Counted from the first letter of the stretch, positions 35,973 through 50,900 are shown. The stretch: DNA of 64,000 bases from Orbicella franksi (GCA_964199315.1 OZ116701.1:29760001-29824000), one strand, 5' to 3'. Numbers and translations are program-made. Notes: generated by a model from the letters alone, not told the origin.

Positions 35973-38900
35973 GTAAGTGAACTTTAGTTCATTTTTAACT
36001 TCCCTGGGTATTTCCTTGATCTGTTAGTTAAATAATGTTAAGATCGTGAACTAGGTGGTACAACAATGGTAAATGACGCTAATAGTCACAACAAGCCGAC
36101 GAAAATTCTTGCTTCATTTTAAGGATTTCTGTATCGTCCTCTTCTAAGCCTCCTAGTATGGTTATACTGACTTAAGAGCCTATTGATGCCGATGCTAAAT
36201 AACAAATGACGGTTCTAAGGCTTTCGTATACCATGGTCAGTCGAGACAATCACACACACAAGTTCCGCTTATTCGTCACATTCAGTGTACAACTGAGTCA
36301 AAAAAAAATAGACACGGAATAGCACAGTGTTGAACAAAGACACTTAAGGTGTTAATACAAATTTTCTTCGCAAATAAAACATGAAGCTCGATGGTTTTCG
36401 TCCGTTTTCTGTCCATTCGAGAAGAATAAAGCAAAGAATATTGTCCATTTGTAACAAGATATAATATTATACGCAAACGCCCTAATAACATCCCTAGCCA
36501 TCAAATCGTTTTGAATGGCGCATAAATTTATCAGAAACAGACCTATCAGATTATCGTTTACGATCATTTAATTATCCGAGCAAACAATAGTCCCATTGGA
36601 AAACTTTTGGCTTGTTTTGTGTGAAGCGGCTTTATCCTTCTCTCGTAGAAAGAAACGCCAAAAACGAGAGATTCCATCCCCCTACCCCTTATTTCCCTGC
36701 TCCCCCAATCACCTCACTGCATTTTACGTTCAGGGGGTGCACGATATTATATTTTTCTACTTAGGCGACTGTCACAATCCACTTGGCATGGAAAATGGCG
36801 ACATTCCTGATAGTAGCATATTTGCCCCTGTGACTGGCTACGAGGAGGATCTGACATTGTTCGGAGCTCATCGCGCAAGACTGAATTCGTCGTCGGGATA
36901 TCGCACCGATCCGAAAGCCCTTAGCCACGCACGTAACCAGTCACTTTCCCCTTCCCTTTTGGTCATTCTTCCGAAAGAAATGGTCGTAACTGGCATCGCT
37001 ACCCAAGGCCTAGGACAAGAGTGGATCACCAAGTATAGAATGTTCGCTGCTGATGATGCTGGAAATTATAAATCTATTGAGGTGAGAAGGCCCTATGATT
37101 CAGACCCAAGCCCCACTCTTCGAAGTGAGGAGCTCCTCGCAACCTCACGTCGCGAGAACTATTATTTGACTATTCTCTGAGAGAGAGTAGAACATAAGCT
37201 TGTAGAGTCCAAGGTAAATTCTAACGTAACAATTACACTCCACTGGATTCAGTTCACCCACATATTTAGTTTAATCAAAGCATTTAAAGGGATCAGTACA
37301 GTAGCTTAGATAACTTTCCATTTATCTAAGTAACTCGCATAATTTGCTTCGAATCTTTGCTTGTGATGGTAAGCTTACAGTTCAGATAATTTCTTTGAGG
37401 TAACGGCCTCATAAGGAACATGTAAACAGTTTTACTGAAGTGAGCTAGCCATCTGAACAGTTTTAAGTTGTAAAATGAAAGTGTTTTAAGTTGTAAAATG
37501 AAAGTGCATCCTGCAAGTAAAGGTTTGCTACCTTACTCTTCCATGGACAATTACACAATATTTGTGTTGTTTCTGGTAAGCAAGTGAGTCTTTTATCAAG
37601 TTGACAATTTTACGTTGACTAAGCCTTGTTTGGCTGAAATTTAGGATCAGAAAGGGCTAGTTTAAGACTAGTCCGAAGATTGCTTTAAAAACGTCTAAGT
37701 TGAAAAATGTGTACTGAGTTACTACAGTAGATAAACATCGTGAGGTGGCACTTTCGTGGGGTCTCAGTAGTAGCTGTTGTTGTTTTTGTTGTTTTGTTGT
37801 TGTTTTTTGCTAGGAATTTGGTGGTAATATTGATGGCCACACTATTAAGTTCAATACAGTTCCATTACCGGTAAAAACCTCTGAAGTCGTACTGATCCCC
37901 ACAGATTGGCATGATAATATCGCTTTAAGGTTTGAGTTATACGGCTGTGAACCAGGTAAGAACCTCTTTGGTATCTTATCAAGTATGAATAGACGACGAA
38001 CGGGCATCAAACATCGTCGTTTACCTCGTCAAAACACCAACTTTTCAAGTATTGCAAGTGTCTTTAGAAGATAAATAATTGTGGGAAAAAGAGGGAATGA
38101 ATCACTTTGCTTTGGGTAATTGAATTCTTCTTTTAAAGCTATCATTATGTTGGATAAAGATGTATACTTATCCGTGGTCAAGCATCTCATTGCTGTGCAG
38201 TCTGTAAGAAAAGAAACTTTGTTTCATGGCGAACGTTAAAACTTTGGGTTTTTTTTTCTGTTCTTAGTTAATTATTTCAACGTTTGGCTGAAGGTACGGA
38301 ATACAAACTTTCTGCTTAGCTACATGAATCCCAATGATGAAGAAACCAGAGAAATCAAGGGCTTGGTTTTAAATCAGGTATGTTCAAAACAAAACTAGTT
38401 TAAGTGTTTTGCTTAAATTTGTCTTCCTGAAGCTTCTTTCTTACTGTCCCGTTGTAGGAGCTACAATACTAAGCAAAGGCTTAGAGTTTCAGGTTTATTA
38501 AAAAAAAAAGTGTTAGTGTCTCACTTTTATTTTTCCTAACTGTTATTGCTGTAGGTCCTCGCTAACTGTTCCAGTGAATGAAGTACAATCGTAGGCAATT
38601 ACACCCGCTCTCAGTGTTACGTGCATGGGCGACATCTTTCGACCATCTTTCCACATGCCATCTTTCGAGATGCTATGAAAACGGCTGAAAGACCGTTTTA
38701 ACTGTGAAACTGGCCTTTTTTTTTCGGTTATTAGCGGAACAAATGACAAATAAATGATAACTAATGACCTCAAATGAATGAAGAAGATTTTGGACTTTGC
38801 ATGTCTCCCGATTTATGACATAATTCAAACGATTTTAGTGTACTCTATCGGTTCTCGATGGTGATTTGGGCTGCTACCAATCAGTTAGTATTCGAAAGAT

Positions 38901-41900
38901 GTAATATTCAAAACAGTCGATTTAACTCCCACATCGCCTTAGTTTGATGTCAAGTAAATCCATCTTTTATGACTAAAAGTCGAGTTCGACCGTAAAGAAG
39001 TCAGTTGCGCTTACAATTTGACGTAGGCCAGGTTACATAGCTTGTCGAGACATGGCATGTCGAAAGATAATTGCTATGCAAGTAACACTGAAAGCGAGTG
39101 TAAAGGCTTACCATTTTGGCCTTGACTTTCTTAGTTTTTAGTAGAGGTCCAAAAACAGCCAAAACAGGTGCGACTGTCTGAGGGTGTATCAGTTTCCAAC
39201 CGATCGGCGTAAATAAGTTGATAAAAATTGGAAACGCGATTATAAAATTAGATATGTTTGATACTAAAGTTATTATATTTCCACGCCGCAGAGCTCAGTA
39301 CATCTAGTTTAGCAAGATATAATAACGAAGAATGGAGGAGACTAAATCTTTAATTAATCTTTTTAAAGGTTACAGAGTACCTGAAGGATGTTCCAGGCTT
39401 CCTGTCTGTTAAACTTCACAAGTTCAGGTTTGTAAATTTTAGTTATTTTTCCTTGCGTTACATTAACCCTGTATATCAATCGTGCAAGAAACGTGACTAA
39501 AAATATGCCTTATTATTAAACCCATAAAGAGTTTATAAAGCCGGCGTACCTGGTATCCCCTTGAGACAGTCTCCGATACTGATAGCAGTATGGCATGTAG
39601 GAACATCTAATTCTAGCGTAAAAGCCTACTCGAGGTCTTCAATTGCTAAAACTGCTATGCCTTAATATTTTTGTTATAGACATATGGAAAACTATTTCGA
39701 CATCGGGATAGATAAAATCTATGTTACGAAGTACGAAAGTTAAGAAGTCAAAGCAACTGCATTATTCTCTGGGGAAAAATGATCTCGCTGATTGACGATA
39801 CTCGAGATCGGTGAAAATACTCTAGCGAGAGTTTGATCAGTACGTTATACACTGCTGCGTCTTTTTAAAATGCTTATTCTGAATTCTATTCTGCTTCAAG
39901 TAATATATCAGACACAAAAGACCGTGTTTGAAAATATTCCCAAACACCAAGCGGAGTATTTTTGACGAGTTTCGAAGTGTTTGGACTGTGGTCAAACACT
40001 GCTTTGGTGTTTGATATTTGATGTATCTTCTCAATCGAAACTAAATCCATGGAGATAACGGAGAAATAAAATCGTAAAAATCCATTCTAATTAAGATCAG
40101 ATATCCAAATACCGTCATGGTCATGATTTCCTTTGTTTAAACATTACCTAACTGTATCTTTTTGGTACGCTTCGCCAGCATATTAGGCGAGTTTGGTCGA
40201 GTCGTGGTTCGTAGTTTGGTTATGCCATGAGTATTTTGGCTCGATTTCGTCTCACCGAAATACCACCCATGGCGAGACAAAACGACCCTGATTTGCCGCC
40301 AAAGCGTACTAAACATTAAGGCACGATTAGGTATTTGGTATACCCAAATTCGGTTAAGAGAGCATGATATCGTAGCCATATCAGGTCAGTGACTTGATAT
40401 CGCAGGATATCAGGACAGTAGACACGGCTTCTGATTAGCTAATTGCGAATTTGTGTATGATGAATTGTAAGTATTAGTTCGAGAAAATATTTTAAAAGCT
40501 CAACGCAAGTACCATGATGCAGAATAAGGTTATTATATTTAAAGAGCAAAATATATAATGAGCTTTACGTGGCTCGTCGCTATATGTCCATATCATTTTC
40601 CAGGCGTCCGCTGGGAAATGATAATGAACATGTGCAGGACGAGGAATTTTTCATATCTCTAGATGAACTTAAACACTCGAGGATAGGTTTTGGCACTAAA
40701 TGCATTCTTCGCTGCGTAAACTTCTTAGTTATAGCCTCTGAATTTGTCATTTAGTAATATGAAACTGCGTCGAACTTGCCTTCTCAAAAACTTCAGTAAT
40801 TTGGAAGTAGAACATTGTAAGTGTCTTTAAGGTAAGCTACGTTAAGGTTGGTTTCCACATGATCGCTAAAGTCGCTGCCAAAAATCTTGCGCTGATCAAT
40901 GAGGAAACCAGTAGTCGTAAGAATCCATCAGCTTTTTGTTAGCAGCGATCACAGGGATGATATGAAAACCGGCCTTAAGTCTAAAATGCTAAAAGGAGAG
41001 AAAATTAAGTAAATATTACATATTGAAAATGCTTACAAATTCTTGTTGCCGGCGAAAGCTCATATAAAAAATTTCGAATTCCCCTAGTAAACGTTTTCCA
41101 ATGGACCTTTTCGGCGATACGTCAGCCATTTTGAATTCTATTATTTCAAATACCTATTATAGGAGGCTCAGGGAAATGATAATGACAGGTTTGTCGCCTC
41201 ATTTCAGACCATGTGATGATACTCTTGAGAATTCTTTCAAATTTTCAGATAGTCGTGTCCATATGAATAAATAGTTTTTGAGTGGATAAAAGAACAATTC
41301 TCTAGAGAATATTACGTGGTCTGTAATGGGAGAATAAACCGCCCAAGCGAAAGAGGTCTATTAGTATGTGCTTGCCCCATAAGCACCCCATAATAGCTAT
41401 TTGAAACAACAGAATTCAAAATGGCCGCCGAAAACGTCCATTATCCGCTAACGGCGAATGTAAACAGGAGCCGCAATCAGTCCAATTCCGCCGTAATCTC
41501 TTAATAGCGGAGCTCCTGCGCACCGAAGGCGCGCGAGCGGAACCCCATACCTTAGAAAATATGGTAACCCATCGATCTGAAAAATTTTGGTTTTCACGTG
41601 ACTGTCCGTACGTACGTACGTCCGTCCGTACGCCAATACCTTGAAAACTAAGAGAGTAGCACCATTACCATAGCTACATCTTTGATTTTTTGCGTCTCCG
41701 CCATTGTTAATTGACAGCTGTCACAACAAGCTATCCGCTGACCAGTATCACGTAACTATATCGCGGGCTCAGGTTTAGAGCTCATCGAGGTTGCGTTTTT
41801 TTTTTTTAAGTTGACCGCTGACCAGTTACTGGTGTGCCGATTGGATCTCGGGCTCAAGTCCCGTTGTTTCTCTGAGGGAGAAGGAAGGAGTACTCGCAAA

Positions 41901-44900
41901 GGCAAAATTTCGGCGCAAGCTAACCCCTGGCGCATTGTTGACTTTTCTTTTGACATATTCCTTGTACAATCGTCTCTCGGAAAGTCTGATATATTGCGTA
42001 CGTAATTTCTACAATCTTGGTTAGGATTGTTGGGTATAGTTTGTCAAAATTTAAGTGGAAAAAATAGCAAAACCACACGCTGAACAAATACATGCTCACA
42101 ATTGATCATTTTTTGAGTTTCTGATCCAAGAAAAAATAATTCTCTCTTTCCTTTATCGTCAGTTATTGCAATCAGGAGCTCCGCTTTAGGCTTGGCTAAA
42201 TCTATATATTTATTCTGCCGGTAATCAGCAATCAAGTAGTCTCCACATTTTAACGATGGAGAACAGCTTTCTATTGTTTCTGTTTGTTTTGATGATTTAG
42301 TCCCCCTTTATACATAAACGACCTCCAAAAAGATCAAGTGAGCGTGACAGCCGAGTTGGAGATCTATTGCATAGCATCATCCACTCAGGACATTTTGAAG
42401 CAATTTCGGATCTCGTTGACCAGACAGGGAGACAAACCTGTATTTGGAACTACTATTCTGAAAATTCAGCATCCAGGTAAGTTTTGTGTAATATCCTTAC
42501 GAAATTTCAAACAACAGGTTTTTAATTGAGTGCCATAAAACCAAATCGAAGTAATCAATCTGGCCAATCACAAAAGACACAGAAGGTCCAAAACTCGAAT
42601 TAAATACATTTAGTTGACGAAACTGCGGGAAAACGTGTGCGAGTGACCAACGATGGTTAACTAACTTTATTTTTGGTGTGGCTTCAGACTGACAGAACTG
42701 AAACGAGTTTAACCCAATCTTGTATCATATATGAGCGAAGCAAAATCAATAATTACTTTTCGACAGTGAGCTGAAAACCGCTCTTTGCGTTTTTGTTGCC
42801 GTCTATGATTTAAATATTTATTGTTAATTTGCCTGTTTGTATTATTTTGTTCTTATTTTCGCAATACCCCAGACGTTCAAATGTAAATTTTACGGTAATT
42901 TTTGTTGCCGTATCGATATTGCGACTCGAGGAAGAAGCATGCGGCTAGCGAATATAAAGCTCGCAGCTTGTAGAGCCGTGTATATGAAAAATGATTGAAA
43001 TGAAAGTGCCAAAGTACGTTTACCTCGAGGGAGGGGCGAGGGAGGGGCAGTTGGTAATCTACATTTTGTGGTCACCATCGGTCAGTATAAGACAATACCA
43101 GGAGGGAAGTAACTCTGCGATAAGCATATAAAAGGTAAAACTGCCTACCGTGTGTTCCTTAAGTTCTAAGCTTTAATTCAATATTTCTGTCTCGCCAGTT
43201 AGTGGAAAATGTCGACCCCCAGCCGTCCAGGTTTCTCTCGGCAAAGATCCATTTAATCCTCGGCTGGTAACATTCGACACAAAAAAACCCAGAAGCAAAT
43301 ACACTGTGAATGCAAGCTTAGATCCGGACTGCAACATCACTGCAATGATAGCGTACAGCTGGGAGATCGCAGCCGTTGACAGAGAATCGGGAATTTTCAA
43401 TCTGATATATCAATTTGGTAAAACCCAAAAAGGGAAAAAGAGGGAAGACAAGCTACGTTTATGGAAACAGCATATCCGACCGCCTGGATTACAGTATATT
43501 AGATGCATCGCAAGGAATGCTGACGAAACAGGTGTATATTCGTTCACCTACGACTTCGGCTTCTTTGAATTAGTGCCAATGGAGGCATTAAACTGTACAG
43601 TAACACCGACACAAAGAAAGCCCACTTTGGATAAATTTACTGTACGTTGCATAGGTGGATACAAAGACATTGAAGCAATTGGCTATTCTGCCACGCTGGC
43701 TTCGACTAGCAAGCCTTTTGGCTCAATTACAAACCACTGTTCGGGAAAGGAACCGGAGGCCGGACTCGAAAGACAGGCGGAAATCGACCCTACCAAGCCT
43801 CTGGTTCTTTCAAATTGGAGTACTCCGACCGGAACGATAACTCTACCTGCTGGCAATCCAAAGGAAGATTATAGTGTTCTGGTAAAGATGGAAGCTAAGT
43901 ATTTGTCGATGCCTTCACTCTTTCATGATGTTGTTGTAAAGGTAGGTTGGTATGTAAGTAAGACATGAGTGGAGCTAGTTTATCACAGTCCAGAGAAGTC
44001 GTACATGCAATTTCATATAAACAATATTCATAATTTGCTCCGAGGTTTTTTCTCCTGGTTGAAACTATTCTTGGCCTAAATGACCAAAATTTCAAAATAC
44101 CATTTAGCCTCGGCGCGGGATTACATTTGAGTCAAACGTACGAGCAAAGTGCAATATTCCATGTAACGTGGCGTGTTCATGTTTTGGAATTCTGAACATC
44201 ATAACGCAGACTGTTGCAATAGCACAAGCGTGTACCGAATTTGAAAGGATTCATTCACGTGCGGCCGTGGATTCCCTTATTAAAAGATCGGTGATGTTCG
44301 TCGAAAAATTTGAATTAAACTCCTAAAGGAGACCAATTTAGGCGTCGCTCGGCTTTATTTGAACCCTAAAAGATACAACTTAAAACGGAATAGGCTTGAT
44401 TACAAGCCACTTTCCAGGAAACGAGCCCGCGCTATAGTAGACCAGGCTCGAGAGTCCGGCGGAAATCGAGCCTAAAAACGGAAATAAGAGCGTTTCTTTT
44501 GTTATTATTTCTTCGAAGGCTTCCTAAAAGATACTTTGACTTTATAATCGGGGGACGATACTCTCAGAAAAGCTGGGTGGGGGTGTGCTGTCCACTTCCC
44601 AAAAGCCCTACCCTGTTTATGACTAAAATCTGCCATTTTTGCTACTCTATTTATGATCTGACCAAAAATTCGATACCCTATTTACGACCGTTGCTAGCAA
44701 AGTTGCCCTAAACCTAAGTTATGAATGGCGTTTGTTGATGGTCTTATCGATAATGATGATAAAGTAACTTCTTTTAAGGAACATACCCAGTTCAACATTA
44801 TAGAGTGCAAAAACCATATCATATTTATCACCAAAATGGCCAAAATCGCCTAAACCGATACCCTGTTTATGACCAAAATGGCTGAAGAACCATACCCTTT

Positions 44901-47900
44901 GGGGCCGCACATACCTATATAGCTCGTATAAGGGAGTACCTCCCCGGGTTTATAATATATCCCTCAGCGATAGGAGACCCCCTGGGAGGGACATTGACTC
45001 GAATTGTTGCATTAGCGAATGAAAAGTACATAATTGTTATTTCATTTCTCTCATTTTAGGTTAACATTCTTATGAAAGAAGTCACAATTATTAAAAATCT
45101 ACTAGCATCCGACCAGCACGAAGAGGCTGCATGCAACCTGAAGATTCTCCAAATCATATTGGACCAGACAGAACGTAACACCACAGTTAGAAGAAAGGTT
45201 GGTTGGGTTAAATATCATCATAGAGCTCAGACCTGAGCAACGGAGATCTTACAGACCATACTACATACCAAAATTTGTTGTCACATCATTTTAGAACAAG
45301 GCTGATTTGGGTCAGACAGGTAAAAAACAATTAGTTACTAACAATGGGCTTGTTACAACGAGCATTAGCGCATCGTTATTTGACAGCTGAGTTTGGTCAA
45401 GCTGTAAACTTATAGGATATTGAAGAATGAGCACTCCGGCTAGAATTGAACTACATTTCACCTGGCCATGTACCGCAAAGGGTCTCCCGCCGTTATAAAG
45501 AATGAGCAGAAAATCACTCTACATGGATTTTCCGAGGGATTTCACCCATTCGACTCGCTCTGCTCAGGCACATCATGCTAAAAGGGTGCACAAGTTTAAT
45601 AAAATAATGTTGTCTCAGGCTGTAATTGTAGCGGTAAGATTTAAAATATGTTCCAAAATTATACAAAACTTTTCGCCTGGTGAAACAACAGTCCGTCGGA
45701 AACGCAGGGGCCTAAAGGTTAGTGTTCTGAACTTTCGGATCGAGTGCTCGGGTTTAAGCACTGGCGGGGGTCACTACCTTTTATTTTGGGTGGGGGGGGG
45801 GGAAGACACTTTACTATCAAAGTGCCTTTCTCCATGCAGCTTTATAAGAAGGTACTGGGGAATTTAATGTTTGGGGGAACCTGTTATGGACTAGCGTCCC
45901 ATGCAGAGGGGACTAGAATTACTCTTAGTCGCTTGATTCTACGGAAACCGGGGTAAGCTCCGACGGAGACTTTTATACAACGTCTAGTATTTGTTTACAC
46001 TGAACGTATTCATGATTGACCTGTTTTCTGTTTCTTTCCTAAAGACTAAACAGGACATAACACGAAGCATAATGCATATGAAGATTAAAACCGTCCAGCA
46101 GTTGAACCAAATGGCAGTCTTTGTTATATACAGTAACAAAATCAAAGCAGAAACCACGAAGGAAATCCAGGTACGTTTTATATCATAGCACCAGTGGTTT
46201 AGAGTTGCATAATTTTGATCATCTAAAATGTTTACGGCTAGACTATTCTAAATGTTGTGCAAAAAGCTTTGTAAGTTTGGCGAAATTATTATATAAGAAA
46301 ATGGCCCTCCAAGCTATGTAATGTTCCAGTGTAAGACCATGCACCGACATAGAAACAAAAGACTTCAATTTATCATTAATTTGATGGACGAACACCCTGA
46401 GTTTAGTGATTTGCTTTATTTTTGTAATAAATCACATTTTGGACACAGCTTGCACTGGTAATTCTGTAAAGTATGTGCACCCATCTCATTCACGTTTTTA
46501 AGTTAATAATGGCGTGGAACTCAATTTTTTACAGGAAAATTCTCTTGACATTCTTAAGATGGCTGTAAACTTTGTGAATGAACAGAGCCCCAGAAACGTC
46601 TCCAACATCGACAACACAACGAAGAACCTAATACAGGGTGCTGCACTGATTCTTTCTTCTGCCTCACAGGATAAAAATGAAAAAGTAAATACCGATTTCT
46701 TCTCTCTAAAAATGTTTAACATGAAGGTATCAAAGAATTGTGGCCTTATGGCGCATGGGTTAGATTTTGAATCAAAAGGACAGAATTCGAGCGTCATCAA
46801 GAAAGGTCGTTGTTTGTGTCACTGTAATCTGGCAGAGCCTCTATCCAGAACTGTTAACAAAACAAAAACAAAACGCTAGAAGCAGGAGGGAAGGAGGGAC
46901 AAGAGCGTACGACACTCATTCTTGGGAGGAGATCAGTACATACTAGTCGCTTGCAACAAAGGAAACTAGCGTTACCCAACTGTCTCAATTTTCTCTTTCA
47001 AGTGTCCTGGCTCAATATATTGCCAAGCCGTGCATGACTTCAAAGTTGCTACCCTTCTTTACGCAGATAACAAGAAAGGCAAAGAAATCGATATACAACA
47101 TAAGTGATATGAGACGCAGGTTTATGAGTTCTGCTCCAGGAGAAAATAAAGTCCAATTGTACTCCAGTGGCGTTTCCGTTTTACTGGCGAAAAGGAAGAT
47201 CCAGAGTTTCAATGATAAAGTGCTTCGCATAAAGAGAGATGAAGTGCGCCTTCCCAAGGACTTATTTGCTGGAAAATGGAGTGATAACCTCCAATCTGGA
47301 TCAGTGCAGGTATTTTTCTAAAAAAGCACTAGACAGCAAACTAAACAAAGCAATGCCAAAAAAGAAACAGAAATTATCCATTAGAGAACCAAAAGTAATA
47401 CTAGGATATTTCAAAATCTAGAACCCTGTCACGTGACCTTATCAATGTGTGTTACATGTGTTATGATAATAATAGTAATAATAACTTTACTAAGTTGTCA
47501 GTTTCTTCAGCTAAGAGAGAATCCCCTTATAATAGCAGACATTTTATTGGAATTTATTGTAAATGATGAATAATATAAATAATGATTAATAATATAAATA
47601 ATGATTAAATAAATAAATAAATAATAATAATGGCAATAATGACAGCTACCTAGTTACGTTTCGGTAGGGTGTTCAATTAAGACGGGTTTGTTACGATTCC
47701 AGGGAACTTTCACCCCACGGTATTTCTCATTTACTGAACATTAACGGGGCCGCGTACCGATTAACACCATAAAATAATTTCTGCATAACATGTTATTTTT
47801 CAGATCATTAGATTCGATCGCAATCCTCTTTTCTCGAGCCAGGGAATCATCTCGAGAAATATATCAGCTATTGACATCACATTTTGGCACAACAACAACA

Positions 47901-50900
47901 CCAAGATGAAGATTTCTAATCTAAGCAAACCAATAAGAATTCTGTTCTCTAGAGACCCTGACGAAACTAGGGACCAAGGTGCATCTGATGGAATTCTGTT
48001 TCTCAAAAGAAAAGAAATGCGTTATCACAACGTCTCTATTCCTTCTTACGAAGCGGTAGTAACTGTGCGAATTAAGCCTGAGAAGGACATTTCACTGCGC
48101 GTCTACGTCGGGCACTACTCAAGACCAACGCCTCAACACCATGACTTGAACGTGACTCTGCCAAACACCACCCGTTTGACGTGTTCAAATTTTTCCAGGG
48201 AATGGAATGACAGATGTTCGCCTCGTGACCCATATGAATTTGATCTTCTACCCAATGTCACAGGTCATATTGGACGCCATGTTATTGGAGTCGAAATTCT
48301 TGAGGATTCCGTTGAAATCCCCGAGGTGTCTGCAGGAATAGCAGGCAATGATGCAGAGGCTTTAAGAAGACAGACACAGTATTGCGTTAAGGTGAAACCA
48401 GCTCCAACTCCTCTCCCGGTGAAAAAGAACGTGCCTCGCCAATTCGATTCTAAAACGGACGTTAGGTACACATTGTTTGTTACGGTGGGGACCTGCGTAT
48501 TCTGGGACAAACTGAACAAAAAATGGTCAGCACGAGGAATCCAGGTTAGTTTATTTTGCCGTCTAAGGAAGAATCCCACCTCCATCTTCCATCTTAATTT
48601 TGAAAATCGTCTGACAGAAATTGACAAAAGGGTACAGGTGCAACTCATTTGTTACTGCACACTTAAATATATGGAGAGCGAATGAGCACTAGAAAGTGAA
48701 CTCAGAACCCGTCTTTACCGCATTCCATAGCCTCAACGCTGCTTGGACAACCACACTGAAGGGGGTTGCATCTGAAAAGTACAGTTACTTGTCGAAAGCT
48801 ATGAGAAGAAGTAATTTACACATTCTTTGCAAAATCATTGCGTCACCTTTATCCAGTGTAACAAAGATTCACAGTCCAGTCATCGAGAAAATTAGGCTCG
48901 TCAATCTTTGTCTATTTATATAACAAAAAAAAAATACTCAGACAATTACATTGAGAAAGACATTCCAAATATAGTACATTCAAAAATTATTAATCCAAAG
49001 CTAATTTGCTGCGCTATCGATTGTTGGCTTTGTCAATTTCTGTGTGTGATTAATGTGGCTTCAAATTTGGTACAGTCAGTAAAGAACCGCTCTATGTACA
49101 AGACAAGTTAGAGAAAAAAAGATGTAATTCGCACTCAGCATTGATACTGACATAAAAACTGCAATGACTTACAACGTATTTTATGATGACCCGTTTAGGT
49201 TGCTACTGAAAGTAACGAGACGAGGGTCCACTGTCTAACCAATCATCTATCAACATTTTCTGGCGATTTCTATGTGGTTCCCAACAAGATCGACTTCTCC
49301 AAGGTCATAGCAGAAATACCACCCGAAAACTTGGTCGTCCTCTCCACAATTTGCCTAATATTTGTGGTTTACGCTGTTGGTCTTGTGTTTGCTAGAAGGG
49401 CAGACAACAGAGACAAAATGAAGGTAGGTTTTTTTTCTCAGAATGGTGAATTTTGTGTATACCAAGCACTTACTCAACTTGCGACTTCTCCTGATTTTAG
49501 CATCCCTTTTGAGACAAAATAAGAGGTTTGCCACATACACGTAAACAGCTCTCGTAGAATTACTTAGCTATTTATTACTTTTACTCGGTTGGTAAAGGTA
49601 AATTAACCGCCTTAGCAAGTAAATGAAGCTGATGTTCGAGCGTGCCCCCTCAGTCGAAGGAAAGTTATAGCAAGTTTCGTCGTTTAAAAAACTGTAATAT
49701 ATTAAGTCAGGCTTTTGAGCCTAGAACAGCACAGGATTTTCTTTTTACCGTCATGATGTTTTTAGTTTTCTTATCTCCTTATTTCAATTTTAACACAGAT
49801 CGATTGTTCAATCATATCATTCCCTCATCGCGGATGTTGATCACCCAATTTGATCTTAAGAACACTGAGACAATTAGCTCCTAAATAACTATCACTAAAA
49901 ATTAAAACGAATGGTTATTTAATGATTTCATAGCAAAAAATTTGAAAATTTTTTTTTTTTTTTAAATATTCTCTATTTAACAGGTTGTGAACACCAAGGT
50001 GAGTTCTCAGAAAGGAGAACATTCCTGTGCTTATAACTATGAAATATCTATCCAAACCGGAATGTGGCATGATAATGGCACCACTGCTAGCGTCAGTGTA
50101 ATACTTTTCGGTGAAGACGAAATTAGTGATACAATATTATTTATGGACCCCTGGAAGGAAAGGAAACTTTTCACCCGTGGCAGTGTAAACACTTTCAGCT
50201 TCGACATTCCACGTCGACTTGGACAGGTATACAAGGTAAAGATTTGGCACGACAACGGTGGTAAAAGTCCATCGTGGTTTTTGTACGAAGTTGTGGTTAA
50301 AGACGTCTCTACCGACGAAAAATGGCATTTCGTGGCCAACAGATGGCTTGCTGTAGAGAGCGCTGATGGTGCGATCGATGTTGAGATCCAAGCAGCCTCG
50401 AAAAGAGAGCTGACGAGATTCAGCAATTTGTTTCAGTGGCGGGCCGTCACTAACTTTGCAGATAAACATCTGTTTCTCTCAATCTTTGCCAGGCCGCCAC
50501 AGAACCCATTTACACGTTGCCAGCGGCTAACCTGTATGCTGTCAATCATACTGGTTTCTCTAGTAACCAACGCCATGTTTTACCAGTTTAAAAAGACAGA
50601 AGACCCAAGCTCCTTTCAACTAGGACCACTAGAACTGAGCTTGACACAAATCATAATCGGTGTTCAGAGCGGACTCATTGCGCTACCTGTCAACATAGTT
50701 ACAGTGATGATATTTAGGAACATCAAGAGAAACATATCCCCAGATAGCTCTAAAGAGATGGAGACCTCCACTACAGGAAGAAAAAACACCCAGGGCTTCT
50801 TACCTCGCTGGTTTATTGTCGTTGGATGGTTCCTCTGTTTGACAGCTTCAGTTTCGTCGGCAGTGTTTGCGGTTTTGTACAGTTTCGAATGGGGAGCGGA

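Noticed and set aside
40604-40686. Candidate extra exon in gene C (ORF 40569..40754, ttttccag acceptor)
   Set aside because: Exons 39369-39427 and 42301-42476 already join in frame and match gene B; no counterpart in B
42491-42500. ATATCCTTAC resembling a U12 (AT-AC) donor
   Set aside because: It lies 14 nt inside an intron whose GT donor at 42477 matches gene B in position and phase
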